A stretch of 64,000 nucleotides of DNA from Cyanophora paradoxa CCMP329 (GCA_004431415.1 QPMI01000017.1:1-64000), one strand, 5' to 3'; positions 1-12,116 are shown, numbered from the stretch's first letter. The notes: generated by a model from the letters alone, not told the origin. A program made the numbers and translations.

Positions 1-2236
1 GGCGTCGGCCCGGGCGTGGAGGTCCCGCAGGAACCCGAACAGCGCCCGCGCCGCCGAGAGGTCCGTCGCCGACCACTGCTCCGCCCGCCCCGCGGCGCCC
101 GCCAGCCACCGGGCGAACGAGTTGAGCGCCGAGAAGCCGGGCGGCGGGCGGCGGCGAGGCGCGGGGCGAGGGCGGCGGCGGGGCGGCGAGGGCGGCGCGG
201 GCCGGGGCGCGGAACCATAGGAGCCAGTCGCGGGGGGCGGGGGCCGGGGAGGCGGCGCAGGCGAGGAGGCCCGTGGCGAAGGCGGCGTGCGGCGCGAAAG
301 GGCCGAACTCGGCGGGGAGGGCCTCGGTGAAGTAGAAGTCGCCGCCGCCCAGGCGCTCCGAGAGCCAGCGGCCCAGGGCCCGGGCGTCCGCATCGGGCGG
401 GCAGCGCCCGAGGCGGAGGAGGGGCCGCGCGGGGTCGGCGGGGACGAGGGCGGCGCCGGCGGCGGCGGGGAGGAGGTCGAGGGCGGAGGGCGTCGAGCCG
501 AAGAGCAGCTCCGCCGCCGGCAGCTCCCGCCCCGCCCGCAGGAAGACCTGAGGTCAAGCGAGGGTGAGCGGCGCCGAGGGCACGGGGCGGGCGGGGCGGG
601 CGGGGCGGGCGGGCCTGGGACTGAAGGGCGCGGACGGCGGCCTCGAGGGCGGCGGCGCGGCGCTCGCGGAGGCGGGCGAGGGCGGCGGCGAGGGCGGCGG
701 CGATGGAGGCGGCGGCGGCGCGGGCGGGGGCGGGGACAAGGCGGGGCTCGGCGGCGTGGCAGAGAATGAAGCCCCAGAGGGCGGCCCCGCAGTAGACGGC
801 GACGGAGAGCGAGGCCCGCGTCCCGCTGTTCAACATGTACGCCGCGTGGCCTGCCGCCCGGGCCCGAGTGAGATGCGAGGGGGGAGGGAGGGCGGGGGGG
901 ACGGGGGGCGGGCTGACAGGGCACGACGGCGCGGAGGTGGGCCTTGGAGAGGTTCAGCTCCCGCCTCGCCGGCCCGGGCGCCCGCCCCTCCTCCTTCTCG
1001 CCCTCGCCGGGGCTCGGGTCGCCGTCGAGGGTGGCCGGCACCAGCGGGCTCGCCTCGGCCGCCGCGTCGCAGATCACCCGCACCGCCCTGCGCGAGCGCC
1101 CGCTCAGAAGAGAGAGGGGGCGGGAGGGGTGACGGGGGGTGCGCGCTTGTCGCGGAAGAGGGCGGCGCAGGCGCGGGGGAGGTCGTCGGCGGGGAAGCGT
1201 GCGCCGAGGATGGAGGGCAGGGGGGCCCCCGGGGCGCGGCGCTCGGCGAGGACCTCGCCGCTGCCGTCCTCGCGCAGCGCGTACGCAACGGCGCGGTCGA
1301 GGCCGGCCGCCGCCAGCACCCCCTCGCACGCCCCCCCGCACGCCTCCCCGTCGCTCCCCTCCTCCACCGCCCCTGCGCGCCACGCGCCGGGCCCCACGGT
1401 CAGCCGGGGAGCGGGTGCGGGGCAGGGGGGCGGGCGCGCCGAGGGCGGCGGCGCAGGCGGCGGCGGCGCTGCGGCGGGCGAAGGCCTCGGCCTCGTCCTC
1501 CTCCGCGGGGCGCGGCTCGAGCTCGAGGACGGCGCCCCCGGCGAAGGCGTGCAGGGCGCCGCTCCAGCGGCCCCCGCCCCGCCGGCCCCCTCCAGAGGCA
1601 AATCCTCCCCGATCGACGTCAGCGGGAGCCCCGCGGCGGAGGAGGCGGACGGGAAGGAGGAGGAGGAGGCGAGGGGCAGGGCGGGGCGGAGGGCGCGGGC
1701 GACGAGGGCGGCGGAGGAGGGGGCGAGGAGGGCAGTGAGGGGCAGGCCCAGCAGCGAGCGCGCCGGCCGCGGGCCCAGCCCGAGCAGCGCGGGCGCGTTC
1801 GCGCTGACCTGCGCGAGGCGCCAGGCCTCCGGGGGCGGGCACGCGGCGCCCGCCCCGCCCGCGAGGGCCGCCTCGAGGCGGAGGACTGCCAGGACGCCGT
1901 CTGCGCGGCCGGCCCGTCGACGCCGGTCAGTCCCGTCAAGACCGGCGCGCACAGCGGGGCGGCGGGGCGCGCACGGCTCTGGACGGCGCGGCGGAAGAGG
2001 ATGGAGGAGAGGTCGTGGGACGGGTGCGCGTCGGAGGAGCTCGAGGCGGGGGCGGGGGCGGCCGGCGGCCACGGGGAGGGCGAGCCGCGGCGCTTGCCCT
2101 CTTCCCCGGAAGACGAGGCCGACGTGGGCGTCGCCGGGTCGGGCATCCCGAACGACGGCGTGCGGGAGCGGCTCCTGTCAGACCCCGCTGAGGCCGCCGC
2201 CCTCCCGCCGGCGCCCGCGCACGCCGCGTTGCCCAT
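1..2236 (-). CDS. PHY: Phytochrome photosensory core (PAS-GAF-PHY), multi-exon; 3' part continues off the left edge
   Basis: Spliced translation gives PAS (VQSHGVLAV...LAQVSANAPALLG), GAF (DRAVAYALREDGSGEVLAE...LGARFPADDLP...LRAVVPCHAAYMLNSG...LWGFILCH) and PHY (ALDLLPAAGAAL...GRWLSE...DWLLWFR...SFARW...EQWSATD). The chromophore Cys codon is split by the intron at 851-917. ATG at 2236. One apparent 1-nt frameshift between about 135 and 210. Confidence 0.9.
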
Positions 2237-2670
2237 GTCCCCCCGTTTCTCACCAGCGCCTGGGCCTTCGCGCGGGGCGCAGACTGTCAAGGTCGGATGG
2301 CTGGCTAGCCACGGGCCTAGAGTCTTCGGACGGGCGCGCGCAGCGATCGCAGCCTCTGCCAGCTGACGTGGTGTGCGCACTCTTTGGGGCGAAGGGAAGC
2401 ACTTGCAACGGCAGCTCCTCTCCAAGGCTTGCGGAAGAGCTAGCTAAAACGGCCCTCGCTTTGACATGTACACCCGCAAGCTCGGTAGCGAATCTACTAG
2501 CGATTCAGCCGATGCTGCTGCGCGCGCTGCGGCTAGCGCTGGGGCCCGGCGCGGCCGGGCGCTACGAAAGGCGCGCGCGTTTCTCTTAAGCTTTTCCCCC
2601 GCGCCGCTCAGCGGCTGCTGCTGGCCCAGTGGTGGCAATCGATCAGGTCGACGTCATCCGCAACTTAACT

Positions 2671-3037
2671 AGGAAGGAGTCCGAAGGACCGCAAGCTTAA
2701 CTTCTGAGCTGCTTAAGCGTGCGCGCGCACGTTCGCTAGAACCAGCCTACACGCACGCGCTCTGTAATGTAATCCTATGGAGCAGGATAGATGAATATGT
2801 CGGTATCCGCCCGCGGGAGCGGGCCGGGGGAATGATCTAGGAGGAAGGAGTCCGAAGGACCGCAAGCTTAACTTCTGAGCTGCTTAAGCGTGCGCGCGCA
2901 CGTTCGCTACTAGGCTAGAAGTTGCCTAGAACCAGCCGCTGAGCCTACACGCACGCGCTCTGTAATGTAATCCTATGGAGCAGGATAGATGAATATGTCG
3001 GTATCCGCCCGCGGGAGCGGGGGAATGATCTAGGAGG
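2671..3037. repeat. Tandem duplication of about 175 bp upstream of the phytochrome
   Basis: aggaaggagtccgaaggaccgcaagcttaac...ggaatgatctaggagg occurs at about 2671-2845 and about 2843-3037; the second copy has small insertions. Confidence 0.9.
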
Positions 3038-3799
3038 CGGGACCGAATGGTCAGATCGGCGAGCAGTTGCGAGACGTTTTTTCGAACTGGCCATGGCCCA
3101 TGAATCGACAATCCACTCGCGAGTTCGCGCGATCGATGGGGAACCAGTACTCGGAACTTTGGCGATTGGAAGATTCGCAACCCGATCGCGAGCGCACGTG
3201 AAGTGCAGGACCGCGGGGGTACAAGTAGCTAAACGAGGGTACAGAAATTACAATTCAGACCAAACTTTGCAGCAAGTGCAACGGTGCGCGCGTGCGCAGA
3301 CTCGCCGCAGAGTCAAACCGTACCAAGCCAGCATGCGCACTGCGCAGGCAGCGCAGCCCGCGCCTTGCAAGCGTTCGCCAAACCGTCGCGTGACGCCGCG
3401 CCGGTTTCGGTCCTTCCTGCCCCGTGACGCTGGCTAAGTTGAATCGGAAAAGGCGAACCGGCGCGCTTTTCGCCGCATTTCCTAGTGCCGCCTCGGTGCC
3501 GATTCCGAGTCGCGTCACCTGTTTTTCAGGCGTCAACGCCCGTCGCCCGGCCCGCGTCGCTGTCGTAGGGCGGCGAAATTGGCGTACGTATACGCGGCGC
3601 AATTTCGCCGCGCAAAAGCGAAGACGTCGGCGAAGCAGCCGAGCGCCGCTCATTTCAGAAGAAGAGCGCGCGACGCACCGACGCCTCCGCCGCGGCGCGT
3701 CAGCAGCGCGCTAGTCTTGATCTAGAGTGCGATCGCCCCCGAGCACCGCACAATACGCGTACGCGTACGTACGCACGCACGGCCGAAAAGCGACACAGA

Positions 3800-5518
3800 A
3801 TGGCGGGTATGGCAACAGCACCCGCTTCGTCGGGGTCTTTCGGCGAGCTCGAGCAGCTGGAGTGCGGCGGCTACCCTGCGGATCTCTTTGATCCCGTCCT
3901 GGACGAGCTGTTCGAGCACCAGCCCGCCGGCCTCGGGTGCGCATGCGCCCGCCCGCCCGCCCGCCCGCCCGCGGCCGCGCCGCTCCAGCCGCGCTCCCGC
4001 CCGGCCCCGCCTCGACGCTCCAAAACGCATTAAAATTCGATCGCGGCGCCGGCGTGGGCATTGGGCGCCGAATTTACGCGGGGCGGGGGTAGGTCGATGG
4101 GCGCCCTCTCAAACCTGGCGGCACCGCCGGCCTCGGCGGCCGCGGGGGGCGAGGGCGCGGGCGAGCGCAGGGCCGTCATCGACGCCGAGTTGCGGGCCCG
4201 CCTCGCCTCCGAGCTCCGCTCCGCGCCCTGCCTCCGCGCGAGGGGCGACCCCGGCCGCCCCCTGCCGCCTACCCCGGGCCTAGGCCCAGGCCTGCCCGTC
4301 GCCTCCCAGCCCGCAACCTGGCGCTCCGGTCGCGAGAGGTCCGCCCCGCGCCGTTTCGGCGCTCTCTGCTAAGAATCCGCGCCCTGACGCCGGCCGATGG
4401 CCATCATGGCCAGCCCGGCGGCAGGGTCGCCATCGGGGGCGGCCGGCGGGCAGGTGCCGGGGGGCGACTTCGGGTCCATCCTGGCCTCGGCGGCGGCGGC
4501 AGCAGCGGCGGCCGTGATCAAGCACCTCGCGGCGGAGGGGCGGGAGCCCCGCATCCCGGCCTCCGCCCTGCCCCTCGTCACCGTCCCCGGTGCCCAGCGT
4601 ACCCCGCCCCCGCGGCCGCCCCCGCCCCCTCGCTCTCGGCTCACGCCGGCGATCTCCGCCGCGCAGAGACGAGCGGCAGCCGATTCGTCAGAGCGGAGTC
4701 GGCGTCGCGGTCGGGGGCGCGGGAGGGCTCGCCCGGGGCGCCCTCGGGGCCGTCGGGGAGCTCGAGGGCGGGGACGCCCCGCGCCGCCTCCGCCGCCCGC
4801 TCGAGCCCCGTCCTCCGCTCCACCTCCGGCTCCTCCCTCGCGACCGGGGCCTCCGCAGCCGCCGCCGGCGCCGGCGCCGGCGCGGCGTGCTGCTACAGCC
4901 TGCGGCACAAGCCCTCCTCGCCGGCCGGCGACGGCGCCGAGTCGCCCTCAGACGCCCGCTCCTGCTCGCCCCCGCCCCGGCCCCTCGCCTCCGCCGGGCG
5001 CCACGCGGGGCGGGCCTCGGTCTCGCCGCCCCCCGCGCGCCCCGGGAAGCGGTCGCGGGGCGGGAGCGGGGACGAGGACTGGTCGGAGGCGGAGCGGCGG
5101 GACGAGGACGTCGACCCGCACACCCTCGTGCGCCCCGCACCCCCGCGGCCCGCCCCTCTTCCGACTCAACCCCGCCCCTCACCGCCGCCGGCGGGGCATG
5201 CACGGCAGGGCGAGCGCAAGCGGCGCGGGCGGATCAACGACCTGCTCGCGCAGCTCAAGGCCCTCGTCCCCAAGATCGCCAACCGCGTGCGCCCCCGCCC
5301 CGGCCCCCTGCCCGGCCCCGGCCCCGCTCCGCGGCTTCGTCCCCTCCTGAGCCTCCGCCTGGGGGCAGCGGACGAACAAGGCGGAGGTGCTGGCGGCGGC
5401 GATCAAGCACGTGGGGGAGCTCGCCGCCGAGAACGCCCGCCTCAAGCGCGCCCTCGCCATGGCCAGCCCGGGCCCCGCCCGCCCCGCCGCCTCCCCCTCC
5501 AGCTCTTCCGCCGCCTGA
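3800..5518 (+). CDS. bHLH transcription factor (C-terminal bHLH, long low-complexity N-terminus), multi-exon
   Basis: GERKRRGRINDLLAQLKALVPKIAN|RTNKAEVLAAAIKHVGELAAENARLK is a basic-HLH followed by a short coil. First exon MAGMATAP...DLFDPVLDELF ends at a GTGCGC donor. Stop TGA at 5516-5518. The upstream exon chain is approximate. Confidence 0.8.
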
Positions 5519-6296
5519 CCCCGAGACGGCCCCTTTGCCTCTAGATCTCTTCCGGGCCGGGCCGCCACGAGCCGCCTGTGTAACATGTACACCACCCCTG
5601 ATCGTGCAGTGATCATGAGCGTTGCGGGGCGGCCCATGCCACCCCCACGCGAATAGTTCGGCAAATAGTGCCCGCAACCTATAGCTACTTCTGCACGTGC
5701 AACGTGCAACGCTTAACGATATTGCTCTCCGTTCGTAGCCTAGTAGTTCCAATCCTGAGTCCGGGCGCCGGCCGGTGGGGTCGTTATTGTCTTTGATCTC
5801 TCGTCTCTGGCTTATTATCGTAGTATATCTTAAAGGCCTTGACTTTTGCTTTTAATTTGCTTCTTCGTGATTTCAACTGCCACGCTGTATCCGTAGTAAC
5901 GTCTCTAGATCTTCGACAGGTCCGATTCCGGCAACTTGTACTCATGATCAGTGATCATGAGCTCAGAACCGTGAACTAGTGCCACACTGTTGGCGTATTT
6001 GATTTAATTTCCAAGTGTCGACGTCGTGCGTATACCGTAGTAGTACGTAGTACATCAGATATCGATACTAGAACTATGATATCGATGTACATCCGAATTC
6101 GAAACGTATCGTGCACGTGGTTTGTCATATTGCCGAGTTGTATTCCCCTAATAAGATTGACCATATGCATGTGCATCGGACTTAATTTCGGGGCCCGGCG
6201 GCCTCACGGCCTGGTCTCCCCGACGCGCGCGCGCGCTGCGCACGCTGATGTTTCGCGGACTCTCAGTAAAGTCTCCCCTGCATCGATGGAAATGCA

Positions 6297-7515
6297 AATG
6301 CAAGCTATGCAAAAGGCGGCAACTGTAGCTATTTACGTCTATCTGCGCGAGGGCATTGCGGGGCATGCGCTCCGGGCGCGAGGGAGGCTACGAGACGCGG
6401 AGGAGGGGGCCGAGGGGCGCGCTCGGGGAGGGCGGCCCCGCCCCCGCGGCCGGCGTCACGACGAGCTCGCGCGGGGCCGCCGGCGCCCCGCCCGGCCCCG
6501 CGGGGGAGGGCGACGAGAAGGAGCGGGGGCGGCGGGCGGGCGGGGCTGGCGAGGGAGGGGAGGGAGGCGTGGCGCTGCCCGAGGCGAGGGCGCCGGGGGG
6601 CGCGGCGGGGCCAGCGAGGGACTCGGCGGCGTCACGGGCGCCGACGCCGGCCCGCCACTCGTGCCCGGGAGGGGCTCAGGGAGCGGCGCCGGCCCCGCGG
6701 GAGCCCGGCCGGGCGTCGGGGAGGAGGCCGGGGCCGAGGGAGCCCATGGCCAGGGAGGGGGCGGAGGAGCGCGGGCCCCGCAGCGGCGAGGGCGAGGGGT
6801 CGGCGGAGCTCGGGGCGGGGGAGGCGCCGGGCTCCGCGTCGCCCCCCTCCCGGGCGCTCGGCACGGGGCTCAGAGGCCGGCGCCCGCGCAGAGCCGGCAG
6901 GGCGAGGTGCGGGGCGGAGCTGGCTCCCGCGAGGCCGGGGCCGGGGCCGGGGCCGGCGGGGCCGCGGGCGGCTCGTCGGAGTGGCGGCGGAGGCGTGCCT
7001 GGAGGCGCTGGGCGCGAGGAAGCTGATGCGGGTGGGCGGGCCCGGGCGCTCGGAGCCGCGGCGGGCGAGGACGAGGGCCGCCTGCGGGGGCCGCAGCCCC
7101 TCCGAGAAAGAGGTCGACCCGCGCCGCAGCGGCGGCCGCTGCGGCCCGGCCCCCTCCGCCCCGGGGCCGGGGCCGGGGCGGGGACGACGGCGGCGGACTG
7201 GGAGCGGGAGAGGGAGATGCGGCGGGCGCGCTCGGGAGGGCGACGTCGGGCTCGCGGATGGCGGGGAAGGCCGCTGGGGTGAAGGCCGCCGCCCGGTTCA
7301 GCGGCCCCGCCAGGCTCGCCAGCAGCCGCGGCAGGTCCGCCCTCTCCCCCCGCCCAGCCCGGCCTGGGGCCAGGCGCGGCGGGGGAGGGGGCGGGGGCGG
7401 GCGTGGGAGCGGCGGCGGCGCTGGCGGCGTGGGCGAGGCCGGCGGCGGAGATGAAGTGGCCCTGCGAGGCGGCGAGCTCGGAGGCCTCCAGCGCCGCACG
7501 CATCCCCTCCGTCCC
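6297..7515 (-). pseudogene. Orphan duplicate of the last exon and 3' UTR of the gene at 12117-13938
   Basis: High identity by eye, with substitutions and indels, to about 12027-13245. Homology stops a few nt inside the exon, so the splice acceptor and upstream exons are missing. The stop codon equivalent is at 6388-6390. Confidence 0.75.
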
Positions 7516-8572
7516 CTCCTCTACTGATCGCGAGCCCCCCTCCGATCAATTCACCCTTCCCGCCTCAAGAAGTCCCCGTACAGCAGCGACGGCTCGCGGC
7601 GCAATTCGGAGCTAGAGCGGTCTTGTTGCGCCGTCAATTCGAAGCCTTGAAGATTGAGACAAACGCGCCCAACTCCGACCGCCTGCGATCTCGAGCGAAC
7701 CGCCTCCAACCTTTATCAATCCTTCCGGGCTTATCCTGTGCGCCGACGTCCGCGTGAGCCCGACGGCGCGCGCGGGACGGCGTTCGAGCGCTTTCGAGGT
7801 CCGTTCTCACCTTCGAGCTCGATCGCACGGCGCGGAGAGTGCGTGTACGGCGCCTCCGCACGGCTCGTTCGGCTCTGCGCATCCTATCAACCCGAAAGAC
7901 CACCCTCCTGCTCGTCCGTGCCTGCAGAAGGCGTTGTCGGGCGTCGGTAGGGCGCGGACGAGCGCCGACCGCCCGAGAACGGGCGCGCGCACCGGCGCCA
8001 CCGCCCTCAAACCACTCACAGAGGCCGTACCGCCGCCCTGCAGCGCGCCGCTCGACGGGATCCGCGACCAACTGCCGTTTTCGATCCGGCGCCGCACACG
8101 AGCCGCGCCGTGCGCGCCGTACGATAGCGACCGCGTACAAAGCGCGTACAGCGGATGCTGCGCTAGAATTTGGTCGATATACCGGCGTCAAGGCGGCATT
8201 TCGGACGTGCCGAGTCGACTCCGGTATCCCCCTCTCGATACCGTTGCACGTCCACCGAGGTCGAGCCGCTATCACGCGGGGGCCGCGAGCAGCTCCTATG
8301 ATCGCCTGTGTCGATCTCACGTCCACCGAGGTCGAGCTTGAGTCCACGCCGGCGCCGCCCAAACACGTGGCAGCCGCCGGAGTCGGCAAGTCCTGCCGCC
8401 AGCGGAGAACCAGAGTAGCGCGATTTCGAGCTCAGCCCTTCCCATCGCAAGTGGTTCGTCGAGTCCAGATGTGGTTTAGGAAAGCCTAGACCACTCTCTC
8501 TGCCCTCCGGCCTCTTTTCGTGCTTCAATAGCCCGCGACCGCACCGGAAAGAAGTTGAGAAACGCGCTAGCC

Positions 8573-9188
8573 ATGGCAGCGCCAGCGCCTGGGAATGCTG
8601 CAGCGATCTCGGCCGCCCTTAACCAGATCGCTCAGGAGGCACAGATTCTTGGAAACGAACTCCCTCAAGTCGCTGGGCTGGCAGCCCTCCTGAATGTTCG
8701 TGGGCACCGCGCGCCGTGCACATTCGCCGTCTCGGGCTGATTGTCCTTCGAGCAGGTTCCCCAGCAGCTGCAGCAGCTGCAGCAGCTGCTGCAGCAGGGG
8801 CAGCGGGCGATCCTCCGGCAGGTGGGTCCCACGCGTACGCGACGTTTGTTTGCGCATGCGTAGCGCTGACAACACTTGGTCAACAAGGTCAACAAGATCG
8901 ACAACCGCACGCGGGTTCGCCTGCACGGTTGTTGCGCATGCTGCCTGCGCGCTCATCCAATTCTGCCCTCAGGGAAACGGCGACATCCTTCCTTTTCTCG
9001 ACATCGAGGACGCGAACGGAAACCTGCCGCCTCCTGCCTTGCGCGTCCCGAACCGTCAAGCCCTCATCAACCTCTCCCGTCAGCAGCTGCAGCAGCTCCT
9101 CGCCTTCTACGGGCTGCCCGTTCCTCAGGATACGGAGGCGCGAAGGCGGGCTGTGATGATTTGCCTGGGTCTTCTCGTAACCCTCTGA
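8573..9188 (+). CDS. Small multi-exon protein with a Mug135/DUF1773-like C-terminal domain
   Basis: N-terminal amphipathic and Gln-rich helices (ISAALNQIAQEAQIL; QQLQQLQQLL). C-terminal PFLDIEDANGNLPP...LINLSRQQLQQLLAFYGLP...RRRAVMICLG resembles the Mug135-like C-terminus (recognised by eye). Confidence 0.55.
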
Positions 9189-9459
9189 TCTAATTCAGAT
9201 GCCCGGCCGCGGGCCCCGCCCGCCCCGCCGTCTCCCCCTAGCCTTGCCAGTCCCTAAGGGGGGTTTATTTTGTCTTTCGCGATATTATATAAAAGAGCCA
9301 CTGACTTGCCGCGCGCGTCAGTTGGGTCCGGGGAAGGGAAATTAATCATGTGAACGGGACTGTTGCACTGCAGTGGCTTGGCATTCACAGCGCGCACAAG
9401 ACTCGCACAAAATTGGGCGGGGGGACTGCAGCCTGGCAGCCCCGTGCGGGACTGCACTT

Positions 9460-11430
9460 TCACTGCACGGCCTTGGTCTTCTTCCCGCCCTTGGTGTCCT
9501 TGGACTTGGCGGCCTTGGGGGCCGCCGGCTTCTTGGTCTTCTTGCCCTTGGAGACGCCGGCGCCCAGGAGGCGCGCGGCCTTGGTGCCGAGGAGGCGGGG
9601 CGCAGCGAGGGCCATGAGGCCCTTCATGCCGGTGGCCTTCTTTGGGGCGGAGGCCGACTTCACGACCAGCGCCTCGGCGGCGTCGAGTTCGGGCGCTGCC
9701 CCCTCCTCGTCCGAGGAGACCTCGATGGGGTCGCCCCTGAGGGCAGAGCGGGTAAGGAGAGGGAGGAGGGGTGGGGAAGGGGGGGGGGGGGGGGGGGGGC
9801 AGGTGGGGCGGGGAAGGAGACGGAGGGGCGGCAGACCCGGTGGCGGAGGCGTTGTCGGACTCGTCCGAGGAGATCACGGCGGCCTTGCGGCCACCCGAGC
9901 GGCGCTTCGGCGTCTCCCTGCGGGCTGGGATTGAGGAGCGATGGAGCATCCGGGAGCAAGAAAGAGGGACGCACTCGTCGTCGTCCTCGGGCAGCTGCGG
10001 CGCAGGCGGGGCCGCAATCGGGGCAGGCGGGGCCGGCATCAGCAGGCTGGACTTGGGGCCGGACTGCAGAGTGGCCGTGTCGTTCCTGCAGGGACGGCGG
10101 TGGGCACACGAAAGCAAACAGAAGCGGGAGAGGGGTGGAAAGTGCCCACCGGAAGGCGGCGTAGAGGGCGTCAAGCGCCTGGGTCTTCTCGTCCTTGGCC
10201 GTGATCACGTACATCCGAGTGTACTGCTGGGGGATGAAGTGGACGTGGCCATCTGGGGGAGAGCTCAGCAAGGGCAGACTGAGGCAGAGCACGGAGAGAC
10301 CCACGAACCCGCAAGGTCCGACTCAAAGGTAGTGTAGACGAGCTGAAGCTTGTCGCCGGCCTGGTAGTCGAGCTGGTAAACTTGGCTGCGGCCAGGGGAC
10401 TTCTTGTAGGGATGGAAGGTTGCAGAGCACCTGAGCAGGAGGGGTCAAAACAGCATCGGAGAGGCGGAGGGACCAGCAGAGGGACGCGCCCATCGGCGGA
10501 AGCAACCAGGACGTTGTGGAACGTGTATTTGTTCGTGTGGATGTACTCGCCCGGCAGGCACTCGAGGACGACGACCTCCGTGCCTGCGCGGCAGACTCGA
10601 TCCCGCAGCAGGCGGCTGCCCGTGCTCTGCGATTGAGCGCTGTGAGCTCGTATCGCAAGTCGAGCACTTGGTGCGCCTCGCGGACCGACGTGTTCAGTCG
10701 CCGAGGCGGCGGCCGCGGGTTCCGCGCGCGCAGCGATGCTCTGCGGCTCCGGCTCATCTGCGACAGCGTATACGCGCATCGAAAAGGTAAGTTTCGAAGG
10801 CTTCGAAAGCATAATGACCGCGTACCACGTGAGCGGTTCTTTGCACAGGATGCAGTTGCGTGGTGTGCCACAACTTTCGCCGGTCCGAAGCGCACGAAGT
10901 GGGCAGCGCAGAGGTCACAGCCCCACACGTCTTTGCTGCCGGTGGCTTTGCTCTTCTGCTGACAGTCCCCGCACTCAGGCCGCTCGCTGAACGCGTGGGC
11001 GCCGCTGGTCGAGCTGCGGGTTCCTCCAGAGCGACCTACGCTGGCTGAAGGTGCGGGGGCGCGACAGCCTGAAACATGACTGTACAGCGCCTCTCTCGTG
11101 CAGAAATGCTGGCCGCAGTGCAGGCACTTACCGCCGTATTGGCGCCGAGACCCGCCACAGCCCGGTAGACCGCAGGGCTGGCTAGCTGGCTCGATGTCGA
11201 CTCCGATAGCGATGCCGGTCGGCGGCTTCGCGCCACCGCTGCCGCGCGGGCGTCCTTGCGGCAGCATCGAGCGTGCGGCGCTGTTCCCGCGCAAAGGCTC
11301 GGGTACGCTTAAAGACTTTCTGCAGGGTAAGTTCGCACTCTCCAATGCGATTGGCTAGCGCGCGCGGCGTCCTCCTACGCGACCGCGCTCGCGCCCGGCC
11401 TCGCTCTTGCAGTACGGAATGTCGGGCATA
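9460..11430 (-). CDS. Multi-exon hypothetical nuclear protein: Cys/His zinc-finger motifs, possible OB-fold, Lys-rich tail
   Basis: Motifs CGLPGC...CLHCGQHFCTREALYSHVSGC and CGDC...CDLCAAH...H...C; VVVLECLPGEYIHTNKYTFHNVLVASADG...YQAGDKLQLV; acidic patches (VISSDES, IEVSSDEE); tail KGKKTKKPAAPKAAKSK...KAVQ*. Start codon uncertain (11267 or further upstream). Confidence 0.55.
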
Positions 11431-12116
11431 ATGCAAGCATTGACCTCGAACTGGTCTGGCCCGTATATCTGCTCCTTGTGCGTCGCTGGACCTTTTTTTG
11501 TCCCGTGTGTTGGTGCCTGTTCCTGGATCACCCTTCGGTAGGACGGGACCGGGAGACACGGGGACCGAAGCCCATCCCCAGGGGTACATACGTATACGTA
11601 CCGCGCGGCCCGGGTTTTGCGGAGGTCGGGGAAATGGGATTTGGGGTAGGGTTGGCTCCCGAGGGACAGGGACAGGGGAAGTGATTTTCCCTTCCCCAAT
11701 TAGTACATGAATCGACTCGGGAGTCGGGAGAATGCGCTGATTCCGAATCTGTTTTTATTTTTTTCTGAATCGAAGTTTCACGTACTGTATCCAGTACGCG
11801 GCTTGGAGCCGGCTAGACGACAAATCACACTGGCTTTAAGCCAGCAACTTGGCCGCAAGTCTTGAGCTTGCCGGGATACAGGAGAGCTACAACGCGCCGG
11901 CTAGCTGCCCGCGCCGGCTTGTGTCGGGAGACGGCCGGGCAGTAGTTTGGATGCGTCCAGGCGCCCGCCGGCCGCGTGGCCACGCGCGCCTTCTGGTTGC
12001 CGCAGCAGAGGTCGACGCACGGCGACATGCAAACTATGCAAGCGGCGCTAGCAATCTACAGCTATCTACGTATACGCGAGGGCAGATCGGGGCATGCGCT
12101 CCGGGCGCGAGGGAGG

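Noticed and set aside
7634-8489. Possible additional gene in the cassette (ORFs 7754-8341 and 7839-8489)
   Set aside because: No recognisable domain and no consistent exon chain; cannot be supported.
11780-11816. Hairpins cgtactg-tatc-cagtacg and cggct-tgg-agccg followed by CTAG, as a Helitron 3' end
   Set aside because: CTAG is not followed by T, no matching 5' TC end or Rep/helicase was found, and such palindromes are common in this genome.
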